Assembly (NCBI GenBank): GCA_037137655.1
Contig: JBAXJX010000001.1
Coordinates: forward strand, 97,188 to 161,187
Reading direction: 5' to 3'
Length of the DNA stretch: 64,000 nucleotides
Origin: Candidatus Falkowbacteria bacterium
Lineage (GTDB): Bacteria; Patescibacteriota; Patescibacteriia; Patescibacteriales; UBA12465
In this document: positions 28,431 through 36,696 of the stretch, piece by piece
How the letters are laid out: every line of letters begins with the position of its first letter
Numbering within the stretch: position 1 is the first letter of the stretch
Translations under genes and position numbers: made by a program
Notes under the pieces: generated by a model
What the model was told of the DNA's origin: nothing
Databases searched by the model: none
The model's input: the letters and a program-made list of their open reading frames with translations, nothing else

Positions 28431-30005
28431 ATGTTTGAATACTTAGAAAAATTTAAAAATCTCTCGGCCGATCTTAAGGCTATAATTTCCACTCCGGAAG
28501 TTTTAAAGGCGACAGCTGATTTAGAAAAAAAATATAATGTTGATTTAGCAATCACAATTATGCGCGTGATGGTTAAAGAAATAAAGCTTGATGAAATTCC
28601 ACTTCATCTTTTTACGGATCTAGCCCTAGGACAGGCGGCAGTTGATACTTTAACAATAGAGTTGAAGGAGCAGGTCTTTGCTAAAGCTTTAGATTATTTA
28701 CAAGCGGACGATAAAAAAGTTATAGCGCCAGAACCGGTTATAATTACACCTAAAGTTGTTGTGCCAGAAATTAAACCTGAGGCGATATCCGAACCGGAAA
28801 TAGTAAAAGAAATTGATGAAGAGATCGCTGTCGAAGCAGCTATGCCTGAAATGAAATTAGATGAATATTCAGCTAGGATTTATGAAGCAATCGAGAAGAT
28901 TGTGGAAGAATTTAATGTTGGTGGCGAGCATCTGATGAAATTCCAGGACGCTATAAAATTATATTTACGCGAAATTAGATCTAGAATTGATACCCGCGCC
29001 TTTTTACTAAAAGCAATCCAGGACGGCGGTTTAGGTTTAAGTGATTTAATGGTTGATAAAATACTTAGTCGCGCTGATGCTTTAAGAAATGAAATTAATG
29101 TTAGCTTGAAAAAAGATACTAAGCCAAGTTTTTCCATTATGGATAAAATTAATGAGCTTAATAAAATGGGAGCTGATCGTGATGTAAGTTACGATTTATC
29201 AAAAATTTTAGACCTTAAACACGAGTTAAAAGGTGGCTTAGATTTGAGTCATGAAATTGCCGCGCCAACAACAGCGATTCCAAATATGGAAATTGCCGCA
29301 CCGGTGGTTGTAGATAAAAAAATTGAAGCACCGATTGCTCCAATAACTCCAGTTAAAGCGACTCCGATTAGTTTAGGGGCAATTAACCCAGCCGAACTTT
29401 TGGACGCCGAGGATATTTTACCATCAGTTAAAAATGTTGATGAGACACCAATTTTAAGTTCAATTCCAAGTGGAATTTTGGATTCAGCTCTAGCTTCAAT
29501 TCCAAAAGAACCATTTTTTGCAAAAACCGAATTAGCACCAAAACCAATTGCGGAGGTAAAGGCAACTCCAATTATGAATAAAGTCACACCGGTAGTTTTA
29601 ACCCCAACTCCAACACCGGCACCAAGTTCTAGCAAGTTTATTCCTGGTAAAGTTAAAATTGAAGATATTAAATCAATTAAAACCATGAGCCCAATTGATG
29701 AATTGTTGTATATGGACTTGGTAAATTTTAGAAGATTGGGTATTAGTGTGGATGAAATAATGGAAAAAATAAAAGATCGGGTTGAGTTGATGCGCGCCGA
29801 TGACTATGAAAAAGGTTTGGCGGCAATTGCTGCTTGGCGCCGATCACCAGTTAGTAAACTTTACTTAAAAATATTGTCCCGAGCTACATCAGAAGATAAA
29901 ACAATTCCAGCTGTGATTGAAGATTTGAAAAATAGTAAACAAGATTATTTAAGTATGGATGAAATCGAGGGAATTATAATGTTAAATAATAGATTGCGCT
30001 TTTAA
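28431..30005 (+). CDS. Hypothetical protein with the same N-terminal domain, a Pro/Ala/Ile-rich middle and a conserved C-terminal region
   Basis: 524 aa. N-terminal YLEKFKNLSADLKAIISTPEVLKATADLEKKYNVDLAI. Confidence 0.7.
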   Translation: MFEYLEKFKNLSADLKAIISTPEVLKATADLEKKYNVDLAITIMRVMVKEIKLDEIPLHLFTDLALGQAAVDTLTIELKEQVFAKALDYLQADDKKVIAPEPVIITPKVVVPEIKPEAISEPEIVKEIDEEIAVEAAMPEMKLDEYSARIYEAIEKIVEEFNVGGEHLMKFQDAIKLYLREIRSRIDTRAFLLKAIQDGGLGLSDLMVDKILSRADALRNEINVSLKKDTKPSFSIMDKINELNKMGADRDVSYDLSKILDLKHELKGGLDLSHEIAAPTTAIPNMEIAAPVVVDKKIEAPIAPITPVKATPISLGAINPAELLDAEDILPSVKNVDETPILSSIPSGILDSALASIPKEPFFAKTELAPKPIAEVKATPIMNKVTPVVLTPTPTPAPSSSKFIPGKVKIEDIKSIKTMSPIDELLYMDLVNFRRLGISVDEIMEKIKDRVELMRADDYEKGLAAIAAWRRSPVSKLYLKILSRATSEDKTIPAVIEDLKNSKQDYLSMDEIEGIIMLNNRLRF

Positions 30006-30008
30006 ACT

Positions 30009-30452
30009 ATGCAACAATTTACCGTACCACAATTTATTGACGTGGAATCAAAAATTATCGGCCCGCTAACGGTGCGCCAGTTTTTGATAATGTTGGCGGC
30101 AGCGGCTTTTATCTTTATTGCTTATAAAGCTTTTGATTTTACTTTGTTCGTTGTTGTGTCGGTGTTTATATTTTTAGCGGCCGTGGTCTTTGCTTTTGTT
30201 AAAGTTAATGGTCAAGGTTTTCATTATTTTATTTTAAATCTCCTTAGTACTTTACGTAAACCAGGTATCCGAATTTGGAATCATCATTTAACAACTTATG
30301 CGGACAGCGAAGAGCGGGAAATAAAATTTGAGAGTACAGAAATAAATAAAAATTTAAAAGCCTCTCAGGTGGCGGAATTATCCTTAGTGGTGGATACTAA
30401 GGGAAGATATCGCGGCAATAATCCTGACGCAGAAGATATTAAAAATCAATAA
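30009..30452 (+). CDS. PrgI-family (VirB3-like) T4SS membrane protein
   Basis: MQQFTVPQFIDVESKIIGPLTVRQFLIM followed by two TM helices, which is the typical PrgI-family N-terminus. It lies just upstream of the VirB4-like ATPase. Confidence 0.65.
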   Translation: MQQFTVPQFIDVESKIIGPLTVRQFLIMLAAAAFIFIAYKAFDFTLFVVVSVFIFLAAVVFAFVKVNGQGFHYFILNLLSTLRKPGIRIWNHHLTTYADSEEREIKFESTEINKNLKASQVAELSLVVDTKGRYRGNNPDAEDIKNQ

Positions 30453-30462
30453 TTTTTAAAAT

Positions 30463-31146
30463 ATGGCTAACGAAAATAAATTAGTACGCAATAAAGTTAC
30501 TGTTTCAACACAACAGTATTTAGATATTGCCGAAATTAAAGATGACACTGTGATTTTGCGCGATGGAACTTTGCGCGCGGTTTTATCGGTTTCTAGTATT
30601 AATTTTGCCTTGAAAAGTGAGGATGAACAAAATGCGGTTATTTCATCTTATGTTAGTTTTTTAAATAATATTAATTCCATGTTGCAAATTGTGATTCAAT
30701 CACGCGAATTGGATATTCGCGGCTATATGGAATATTTAGCGGAGAAAGAAAAGAGTCAAACTAATAAATTACTTAAAATCCAAACCGGGGAATATATTGA
30801 ATATATCAAAGAATTAACTTCTATCGGTAAAATCATGACTAAAAGTTTTTATGTGATTGTGCCTTATAGTCCAACCTCTGATACGCATAAAGGATTTTTC
30901 TCGAGCTTAGCTGAAACTTTAAAACCAGCTACACTATTGAAGCTGAAAGAAGTGCGTTTTTTAAAGTATAAAGAATCTTTGGCACGGCGGATTGATAGCG
31001 TGGTTGGGGGCTTGGGTTCGATGGGTGTCGGTACTAAACAATTAAACACGCAGGAACTTATTGAATTATTTTATAAAACTTATAACCCGGAGGTTTCCAA
31101 AAATCAGAATTTAGTTGACATGGAAAAGCTTCGCGTTGAGATGTAA
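30463..31146 (+). CDS. T4SS-cluster protein without a P-loop; N-terminal segment resembles the start of Gram-positive VirB4/TraE-type proteins
   Basis: QQYLDIAEIKDDTVILRDGTLRAVLSVSSINFALKSEDEQNAV. No Walker motifs. 227 aa. Confidence 0.5.
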   Translation: MANENKLVRNKVTVSTQQYLDIAEIKDDTVILRDGTLRAVLSVSSINFALKSEDEQNAVISSYVSFLNNINSMLQIVIQSRELDIRGYMEYLAEKEKSQTNKLLKIQTGEYIEYIKELTSIGKIMTKSFYVIVPYSPTSDTHKGFFSSLAETLKPATLLKLKEVRFLKYKESLARRIDSVVGGLGSMGVGTKQLNTQELIELFYKTYNPEVSKNQNLVDMEKLRVEM

Positions 31147-31164
31147 TTATTTTCTTAAATAAAT

Positions 31165-33111
31165 ATGCCTAATTTTAAAATATCACAACTTGATGACGAA
31201 ACGAAAGCAGCCAGCAAACAGCCGGAAGTTTATGCTGTGGGTGATAAGGTTGTTGTCCGCAAAACGATTGAAGAGAACGTTGAACTAACGCAAGAAATTA
31301 TTGAGGAAGAGTTAGCTTATCGTAAAGGAACATTGTCGGTGCGTGATTTGATTTCACCATCGAGCATGAAAATTACCTCAACTTATATGATGTTGGGGCA
31401 GAAATTTGCCCGCACCTTATTTGTGGTTAACTACCCACGTTATATTAGTGTTGGTTGGTTTGCACCGATTATCAATTTGAATAATGCTTTTGATGTGGCC
31501 ATGTTCTTCTACCCCGTTAATAGTGCTGTGATTTTAAAACAATTAAAAAATCGCGTGGGTAATATTGAAGCTCAGGTGATGTCTGATTCAGAAAAAGGCC
31601 AACCACGTGATCCAATTCGAGAAACAGCCTTGCGTGATATTGAATTTTTGCGCGACGCCTTAACTCAGGGAACAGAAAAGTTTTTTCAATTCGCTTTATA
31701 CGTTACAATCTACACAGAAACCCTTGAAGAATTGGATCGCTTATCTGATCAAGTAGAAGACGTTTTTGGTTCACGTTTAGTTTTTTCTAAGCGCGCCTTT
31801 TTTCAATCCGAACAAGGTTTTAATTCCACTCTACCGCTTTGTAATGATGAGCTATACATTACTTTTAACATGAATTCGTCACCAGCCGCTTCATCTTTTC
31901 CGTTTATTTCTTCAGAACTAACCAGTGACCGCGGTATCCTTTATGGTATTAATCGCCATAATAATAGTTTAATTTTATTTGATCGTTTTTCTTTGCCGAA
32001 TGCTAATTCGGTGGTTTTTGCCACTTCTGGTGCTGGTAAAAGTTATTGTATTAAATTGGAAGTATTGCGTTCTCTGATGATGGGCAGTGATGTGATTGTT
32101 ATTGATCCTGAGTATGAATATAAACATTTGTCCGAAGCTGTTGGAGGTACTTATATTAATATTTCTTTGTCGAGTGAAAACAAGATTAATCCATTTGATT
32201 TGCCTCGTTCCATCGGCGGTGAAGCTAAACCAAAAGATATTATTCGAAGTGCGGTTATAACTTTGAAGGGTTTGGTGCGCTTAATGGTAGGTAATCTAAC
32301 TAACGAAGAAGATTCGATTGTGGATCGAGCCCTACTTGAAACTTACGCTAAAAAAGATATTACGCCTGATTCTGATTTGTCTAAAATCGAACCACCAACT
32401 TTATCTGACTTCTGCCAAGTATTAGAAGGTATGGAAGGGGCTGATTCCTTAGCGGAACGTTTGAAAAAATATACCGAAGGTACTTTTGCTGGATTACTTA
32501 ACAGTCCGACTAATGTGGAGATGGATAATCAATTAGTTTGCTTCTGTGTGCGTGATTTAGAGGATGAGTTGCGTCCAATTGGAATTTATACTATTGTTAA
32601 TTATATTTGGAATGTGGTTCGCAGTCAGGTTAAAAAGAGAATTTTGATTATTGATGAGGCATGGTGGATGATGCAAAACCCCGATTCTGCTAAGTTTATT
32701 TTTGCCCTTGTGAAACGCTGCCGTAAGTATTATTTAGGTGTGACCACAATTACCCAAGATGTAAGTGACTTTTTGGAATCACCTTATGGTCAAGCGATTG
32801 TGACTAATTCCCAATTACAGATTTTGCTTAAACAATCACCAGCCGCGATTGATCGCGTGCAGAAAACTTTTATGTTAACCGAGGGTGAAAAATTCTTATT
32901 GTTGGAATGTGGTTTAGGTGAGGGAATATTCTTTGCTGGTAATAAACATGTGGCAATTAAAATTGTGGCTTCTTATTCTGAAGATCAATTGATTACTTCC
33001 GATCCTCGCCAATTATTAGAGCTAGAGGAAGCGAAGAAAAAATATGAGGAAGAAATGGCTGAAGAAGAAGCAGCAGCCGATGAAGCCCGAAAAATAAAGG
33101 AAGCTAAATAA
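31165..33111 (+). CDS. VirB4/TraE/PrgJ-like T4SS ATPase
   Basis: Walker A VVFATSGAGKSY (about 32030-32053), Walker B RILIIDEAWWM (about 32641-32665), and the YPRYISVGWF N-domain motif. Confidence 0.85.
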   Translation: MPNFKISQLDDETKAASKQPEVYAVGDKVVVRKTIEENVELTQEIIEEELAYRKGTLSVRDLISPSSMKITSTYMMLGQKFARTLFVVNYPRYISVGWFAPIINLNNAFDVAMFFYPVNSAVILKQLKNRVGNIEAQVMSDSEKGQPRDPIRETALRDIEFLRDALTQGTEKFFQFALYVTIYTETLEELDRLSDQVEDVFGSRLVFSKRAFFQSEQGFNSTLPLCNDELYITFNMNSSPAASSFPFISSELTSDRGILYGINRHNNSLILFDRFSLPNANSVVFATSGAGKSYCIKLEVLRSLMMGSDVIVIDPEYEYKHLSEAVGGTYINISLSSENKINPFDLPRSIGGEAKPKDIIRSAVITLKGLVRLMVGNLTNEEDSIVDRALLETYAKKDITPDSDLSKIEPPTLSDFCQVLEGMEGADSLAERLKKYTEGTFAGLLNSPTNVEMDNQLVCFCVRDLEDELRPIGIYTIVNYIWNVVRSQVKKRILIIDEAWWMMQNPDSAKFIFALVKRCRKYYLGVTTITQDVSDFLESPYGQAIVTNSQLQILLKQSPAAIDRVQKTFMLTEGEKFLLLECGLGEGIFFAGNKHVAIKIVASYSEDQLITSDPRQLLELEEAKKKYEEEMAEEEAAADEARKIKEAK

Positions 33112-33126
33112 GTTTAATAAAAAAAT

Positions 33127-33741
33127 ATGATAAACGAAAACAAAAAGATGGGTATATTTATAGTGGTTATCGCTATTGTTTTGTTGGCGGCCATGTTAAT
33201 TTATACTTACGGTTTTAAGAAGAATCAAAATAATGCCAATAACGTGCCAGCGGCTATCACTGGGCCAGTTAAAGATTTGATGGCGGAGGCTAAAAATAAA
33301 CAACCAGCGCCGACATATAGTTTTGACGCCCAAGCCGAAGCTAATCGTCAATTAGGCTCTGAAGATTTGCGTAAAATGGCTTTACCATTCGCGGAGAGAT
33401 TTGGTTCATTCTCCAATCAATCCAATTATAGTAATTTTGAAGATTTGAAAATTTTCATGTCTGATAACATGAAGACTTGGTCTGATTCTTATGTAGTTGA
33501 TTTGAAAAAGAGTGCTGGTGATACCACGGTTTATTATGGTATTACCACTATTGCTATTTCGGGTGAAGTGCAAAAATTTGATGATGCTGCCGGTCAAGCG
33601 CAAGTTTTGGTTTCAACCCAAAGACGCGAGCTTGGGGCTGATTCATCAGCTGCCAAAGTTTTTAATCAAGATATAACTTTAAACTTTGTTAAAATTAAAG
33701 GTGAATGGAAAGTTGACTCAGCTTATTGGGCGAAAAATTAA
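33127..33741 (+). CDS. Membrane-anchored protein, possibly a VirB8/PrgL-like (NTF2-like) T4SS component
   Basis: A single N-terminal TM helix. The C-terminal alpha+beta-looking domain ends in IKGEWKVDSAYW. Position after VirB4 fits. The family was not verified. Confidence 0.45.
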   Translation: MINENKKMGIFIVVIAIVLLAAMLIYTYGFKKNQNNANNVPAAITGPVKDLMAEAKNKQPAPTYSFDAQAEANRQLGSEDLRKMALPFAERFGSFSNQSNYSNFEDLKIFMSDNMKTWSDSYVVDLKKSAGDTTVYYGITTIAISGEVQKFDDAAGQAQVLVSTQRRELGADSSAAKVFNQDITLNFVKIKGEWKVDSAYWAKN

Positions 33742-33752
33742 TTTTTAATTTT

Positions 33753-33911
33753 ATGATAAAAAAAGAAACAAAAAAAATAGAACAAGATATCGAAATTACC
33801 GACGAAGACGGTAATAGCAAAACTTTTATGCTTTTTTCGATCGTGGCTTTTTTGGTTGTCGCCCTATTCTTCTTTTGGCTAACAAATGTTGTGCGGGCGG
33901 TAGCGGTTTAA
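33753..33911 (+). CDS. Small single-TM protein (52 aa)
   Basis: MIKKETKK... followed by FMLFSIVAFLVVALFFFWL. The start was moved to the ATG at 33753, after the upstream stop. Confidence 0.45.
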   Translation: MIKKETKKIEQDIEITDEDGNSKTFMLFSIVAFLVVALFFFWLTNVVRAVAV

Positions 33912-33948
33912 TAATTTATTTTTAATTTAGGTTCGCTTTGATATATTT

Positions 33949-35334
33949 TTGTTTATGGCTGATAAGCAACAAACAATTTACGTGTGCACAAAATGCGACG
34001 CCCAATTCCCAAAGTGGAGTGGGCGTTGTTTGGAATGTGGTGCCTGGGGAACTTTAGCGGAAAGTGTTTCAACTAAAGATGAGAAGCCAACGATGCGCGA
34101 GAAGATGACTCGGGCTACTGGTCCGGCAGCGAATTTTATTAATTTGGCTGACGTGGAATCGGTGCAAGGTGAACGAATTTTAACCGGCATGCCGGAAGTC
34201 GATCGTGTCTTGGGTGGTGGCTTGGTGCCGGGATCGTTAGTGCTTTTAGGCGGAGAACCGGGAATTGGTAAGTCGACTATTACGGCGCAGATTGTTGATT
34301 CCATTGCTAAGAAAAATGGGAAACCGGTGCTTTATGTTTCTGGAGAAGAATCGGCCGTCCAAGTTAAATCTCGCTTAGAGCGATTAAATTGTGATTTGAA
34401 AAATTTGAGTTTTGCCGGTGAAACTAATATTGAAAAAATTATTGCTGGGGCGATAAAATTAAAACCGCAACTCGTGGTAATTGATTCGATTCAAACTGTG
34501 CATTCCAGCCAGGTCCCGTCAGAAGCTGGTAATATTAACCAAATTCGGGCCTGTGCGGTGGGCTTTTTAGAACTCGCTAAAACCCATAATATTGCGGTGT
34601 TACTCATTGGTCATATTACCAAAGATGGTCAAATTGCTGGACCAAAATCTTTGGAACATATCGTTGATACGGTGGTTTATTTGGAAGCGGAAACAATTAA
34701 TAATCATTCTTTATTGCGTGCGGCGAAAAATCGTTTTGGCAGTATTAATGAAATTGGCGTCTTTGAAATGACGGGTGCTGGTTTTCGGGAAGTGAGCGAT
34801 CCATCATCCATCTTTTTGGAAAATGGCCAACCAAACATGGTAGGTACGGCGATTGGTTGTGTGCTCGAAGGTAGCCGCGCTTTTTTGATTGATGTGCAGG
34901 CATTAGTGACTAAGACTATTTTTGGTTATCCGCAACGCAAGGCTTCTGGTTTCGATTTGAATCGCTTGCAAGTTTTAGCGGCGGTGTTATCCAAAAAACA
35001 AAAATTAAATTTGGGGGAGTCGGATATTATTTTAAATATTGTTGGTGGCTTAAAAATTAATGACCCAGCTTTAGATTTGGCAGTAGCCTTGGCGATTATT
35101 TCGTCATTGCAAAACAAAGAGCTTGATCGCCGTTGTTTGATTTTAGGTGAGTTAGGACTAAGTGGGGAATTGCGCCCGGTATCCAAAATTGAGTTAAGAT
35201 TAAGTGAGGCGGAGAAATTAGGCTTTACGACAGCTCTTATTCCAGACGTCAAAAATGAAAATTTAAATAAGTTTAAAAAAATAAAACTCTTGAAAGTAAA
35301 AAATATCTCCGAGGCGATTAGTCAGATATTTTAA
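33949..35334 (+). CDS. radA: DNA repair protein RadA/Sms
   Basis: N-terminal zinc ribbon CTKCDAQFPKWSGRCLECGAW, Walker A GGEPGIGKST, KNRFG motif and a Lon-like C-terminus. The start could be 33955. Confidence 0.95.
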   Translation: MFMADKQQTIYVCTKCDAQFPKWSGRCLECGAWGTLAESVSTKDEKPTMREKMTRATGPAANFINLADVESVQGERILTGMPEVDRVLGGGLVPGSLVLLGGEPGIGKSTITAQIVDSIAKKNGKPVLYVSGEESAVQVKSRLERLNCDLKNLSFAGETNIEKIIAGAIKLKPQLVVIDSIQTVHSSQVPSEAGNINQIRACAVGFLELAKTHNIAVLLIGHITKDGQIAGPKSLEHIVDTVVYLEAETINNHSLLRAAKNRFGSINEIGVFEMTGAGFREVSDPSSIFLENGQPNMVGTAIGCVLEGSRAFLIDVQALVTKTIFGYPQRKASGFDLNRLQVLAAVLSKKQKLNLGESDIILNIVGGLKINDPALDLAVALAIISSLQNKELDRRCLILGELGLSGELRPVSKIELRLSEAEKLGFTTALIPDVKNENLNKFKKIKLLKVKNISEAISQIF

Positions 35335-35372
35335 AAATTGGGTATCACAAATTGTGATACCCAATTTTTTTG
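35334..35372 (+). terminator. Rho-independent terminator after radA
   Basis: aaaaaTTGGGTATCACA-aat-TGTGATACCCAAttttttt. Confidence 0.85.
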
Positions 35373-35379
35373 TAAAGAA

Positions 35380-35410
35380 AAGAGCCATCGTTGTTTTGAT
35401 GGCTCTTGAT
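35380..35410 (-). terminator. Rho-independent terminator for the minus-strand 56-aa gene
   Basis: The minus strand reads AAGAGCCATC-aaaacaac-GATGGCTCTT followed by a T-rich tract. Confidence 0.65.
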
Positions 35411-35418
35411 TTGTTTTT

Positions 35419-35589
35419 TTACTGTTTGGCTGCTTTCATTGTTTTTGCAACGCTGAATATGGTACATATAAAACATAAACTTGCTATAAGCGCGCAACAA
35501 GTAAAGTGTTTAGTAATGGCTAAATCGGAAAAAATAACTGTGCAAAGTATGCATAAAATAGCAAGACTGATGTTAATTTCTTTTTTCAT
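35419..35589 (-). CDS. Unannotated small Cys-rich membrane protein (56 aa)
   Basis: Not in the ORF track. The minus-strand translation is MKKEINISLAILCILCTVIFSDLAITKHFTCCALIASLCFICTIFSVAKTMKAAKQ-stop. It is preceded by promoter-module copy 1 and followed by its own terminator. Confidence 0.5.
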   Translation of the reverse strand: MKKEINISLAILCILCTVIFSDLAITKHFTCCALIASLCFICTIFSVAKTMKAAKQ

Positions 35590-35612
35590 GACTGTATATA
35601 TTTAAGTTTGAG

Positions 35613-35674
35613 TTGTTTAAGAACTAATTTTGATAATATAATTATATCACGTTTTTAGCAAAAAGTCAATATAT
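35613..35674 (-). repeat. 62-bp promoter/leader module, copy 1
   Basis: Differs at 1 of 62 positions from 36245-36306. The minus strand carries TTGACT (35669-35664), 17 nt spacer, TATAAT (35646-35641). Confidence 0.8.
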
Positions 35675-35699
35675 AGCGAGATAAGCCAATTTTTTTGGG

Positions 35700-35733
35700 A
35701 AATAAAAAAGGAATCCGATGTTTTGGATTCCTT
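35700..35733 (-). terminator. Rho-independent terminator after the 162-aa gene
   Basis: The minus strand reads AAGGAATCC-aaaacatc-GGATTCCTT followed by tttttatttc. Confidence 0.7.
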
Positions 35734-35740
35734 TGGGCTT

Positions 35741-36229
35741 TTAAGCAATTGCAATTTCATATCGGTTCTTGGAAAATTTTCCACTGAATAAGCGAAAAAT
35801 ATTAGCCGAAAATATTGATAAGAAAAAGATTGATGTAGTGCCAATAAACATTTGTTCGTTAAGTGAGCTGTGAGACAAAAATGTCGTTGTTGTTACAAGT
35901 AAAGAAGAAACAAAATCAAAAGCCGCAAAAACCAATAAAACAAAAAGTTCTGTTTTAAAGTCGGGAATTGAATTTTTTTTGCCTATTCCTGAAAAAATAA
36001 CAAATTGCATAAAAACAATTGACATTAAGGCAATGATTGCGCCGCAATTTCCAATAGTTTGAGCTCTGTCAATTTTATCAAAATATGCTGTCATTGATGC
36101 TTCTGATGTTATTGGTAGCGATTGACTCTGAGCATAAGCTACAGCATAAACGATTATTGATACTCCGACTATAGAACCTAAAATTAAGACTATTTTGCCT
36201 AATTGAAAAAAATCAATTTTTGTTTTCAT
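35741..36229 (-). CDS. Hypothetical 4-TM membrane protein (162 aa)
   Basis: Hydrophobic segments throughout. Promoter-module copy 2 lies directly upstream and a terminator lies downstream. Confidence 0.7.
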   Translation of the reverse strand: MKTKIDFFQLGKIVLILGSIVGVSIIVYAVAYAQSQSLPITSEASMTAYFDKIDRAQTIGNCGAIIALMSIVFMQFVIFSGIGKKNSIPDFKTELFVLLVFAAFDFVSSLLVTTTTFLSHSSLNEQMFIGTTSIFFLSIFSANIFRLFSGKFSKNRYEIAIA

Positions 36230-36244
36230 AATATAAATTTTAAA

Positions 36245-36306
36245 TTGTTTAAGAACTAATTTTGATAATATAATTATATCACGTTTTTAACAAAAAGTCA
36301 ATATAT
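36245..36306 (-). repeat. 62-bp promoter/leader module, copy 2
   Basis: Same sequence as 35613-35674 with one g/a difference. Carries TTGACT-17-TATAAT on the minus strand. Confidence 0.8.
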
Positions 36307-36307
36307 T

Positions 36308-36690
36308 GTAAAATAAGCTAGCAAAATCAGCATTTTTAGCCTCTTATGAAATACCGCACCTGAAGCGGGCGAAGCTTTCTTGGAAAGGTTGAGCAAGCGC
36401 GAAATCTTTTCAAAAAGATTTGCACGCTTCACCCCACACGGTTAACGGCATTCTACCGGAGACTATAAAGAGCGAATATCATGATTAATTAAAATAACCG
36501 TCTTCTCAGTCTTCGGTATCTCGGCTTGAATCATCTAATGCTTATAATTTCGCTTCGTCTTTCGACTTCGCTATCTTCAACGCTTTTATCGTCTGGGGCG
36601 AATCTGGCAAAACTTTTGAAAAAAGATCTCACTAACGTTCGAACTTTTTTAAAAGTTTCGACCAGCTTCGGATACGGTGACTTGGTGAGG
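36308..36690 (-). ncRNA. Candidate structured RNA or structured recG 3'UTR of unknown class
   Basis: About 380 nt with no credible ORF and visibly higher GC than other intergenic DNA in the window. A 13-bp long-range helix pairs 36590-36602 with 36428-36440; it has an extra G-U pair if the minus strand is transcribed. A 14-bp hairpin lies at 36397-36427. A terminator-like hairpin plus U-tract lies at 36308-36340 on the minus strand. Confidence 0.3.
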
Positions 36691-36696
36691 GCTACT

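Noticed and set aside
35354-35605. 83-aa plus-strand ORF after radA
   Set aside because: It starts inside the radA terminator hairpin and runs across the minus-strand terminator. It lies opposite a minus-strand 56-aa ORF that has a consensus promoter and its own terminator. The plus-strand ORF is most likely spurious.
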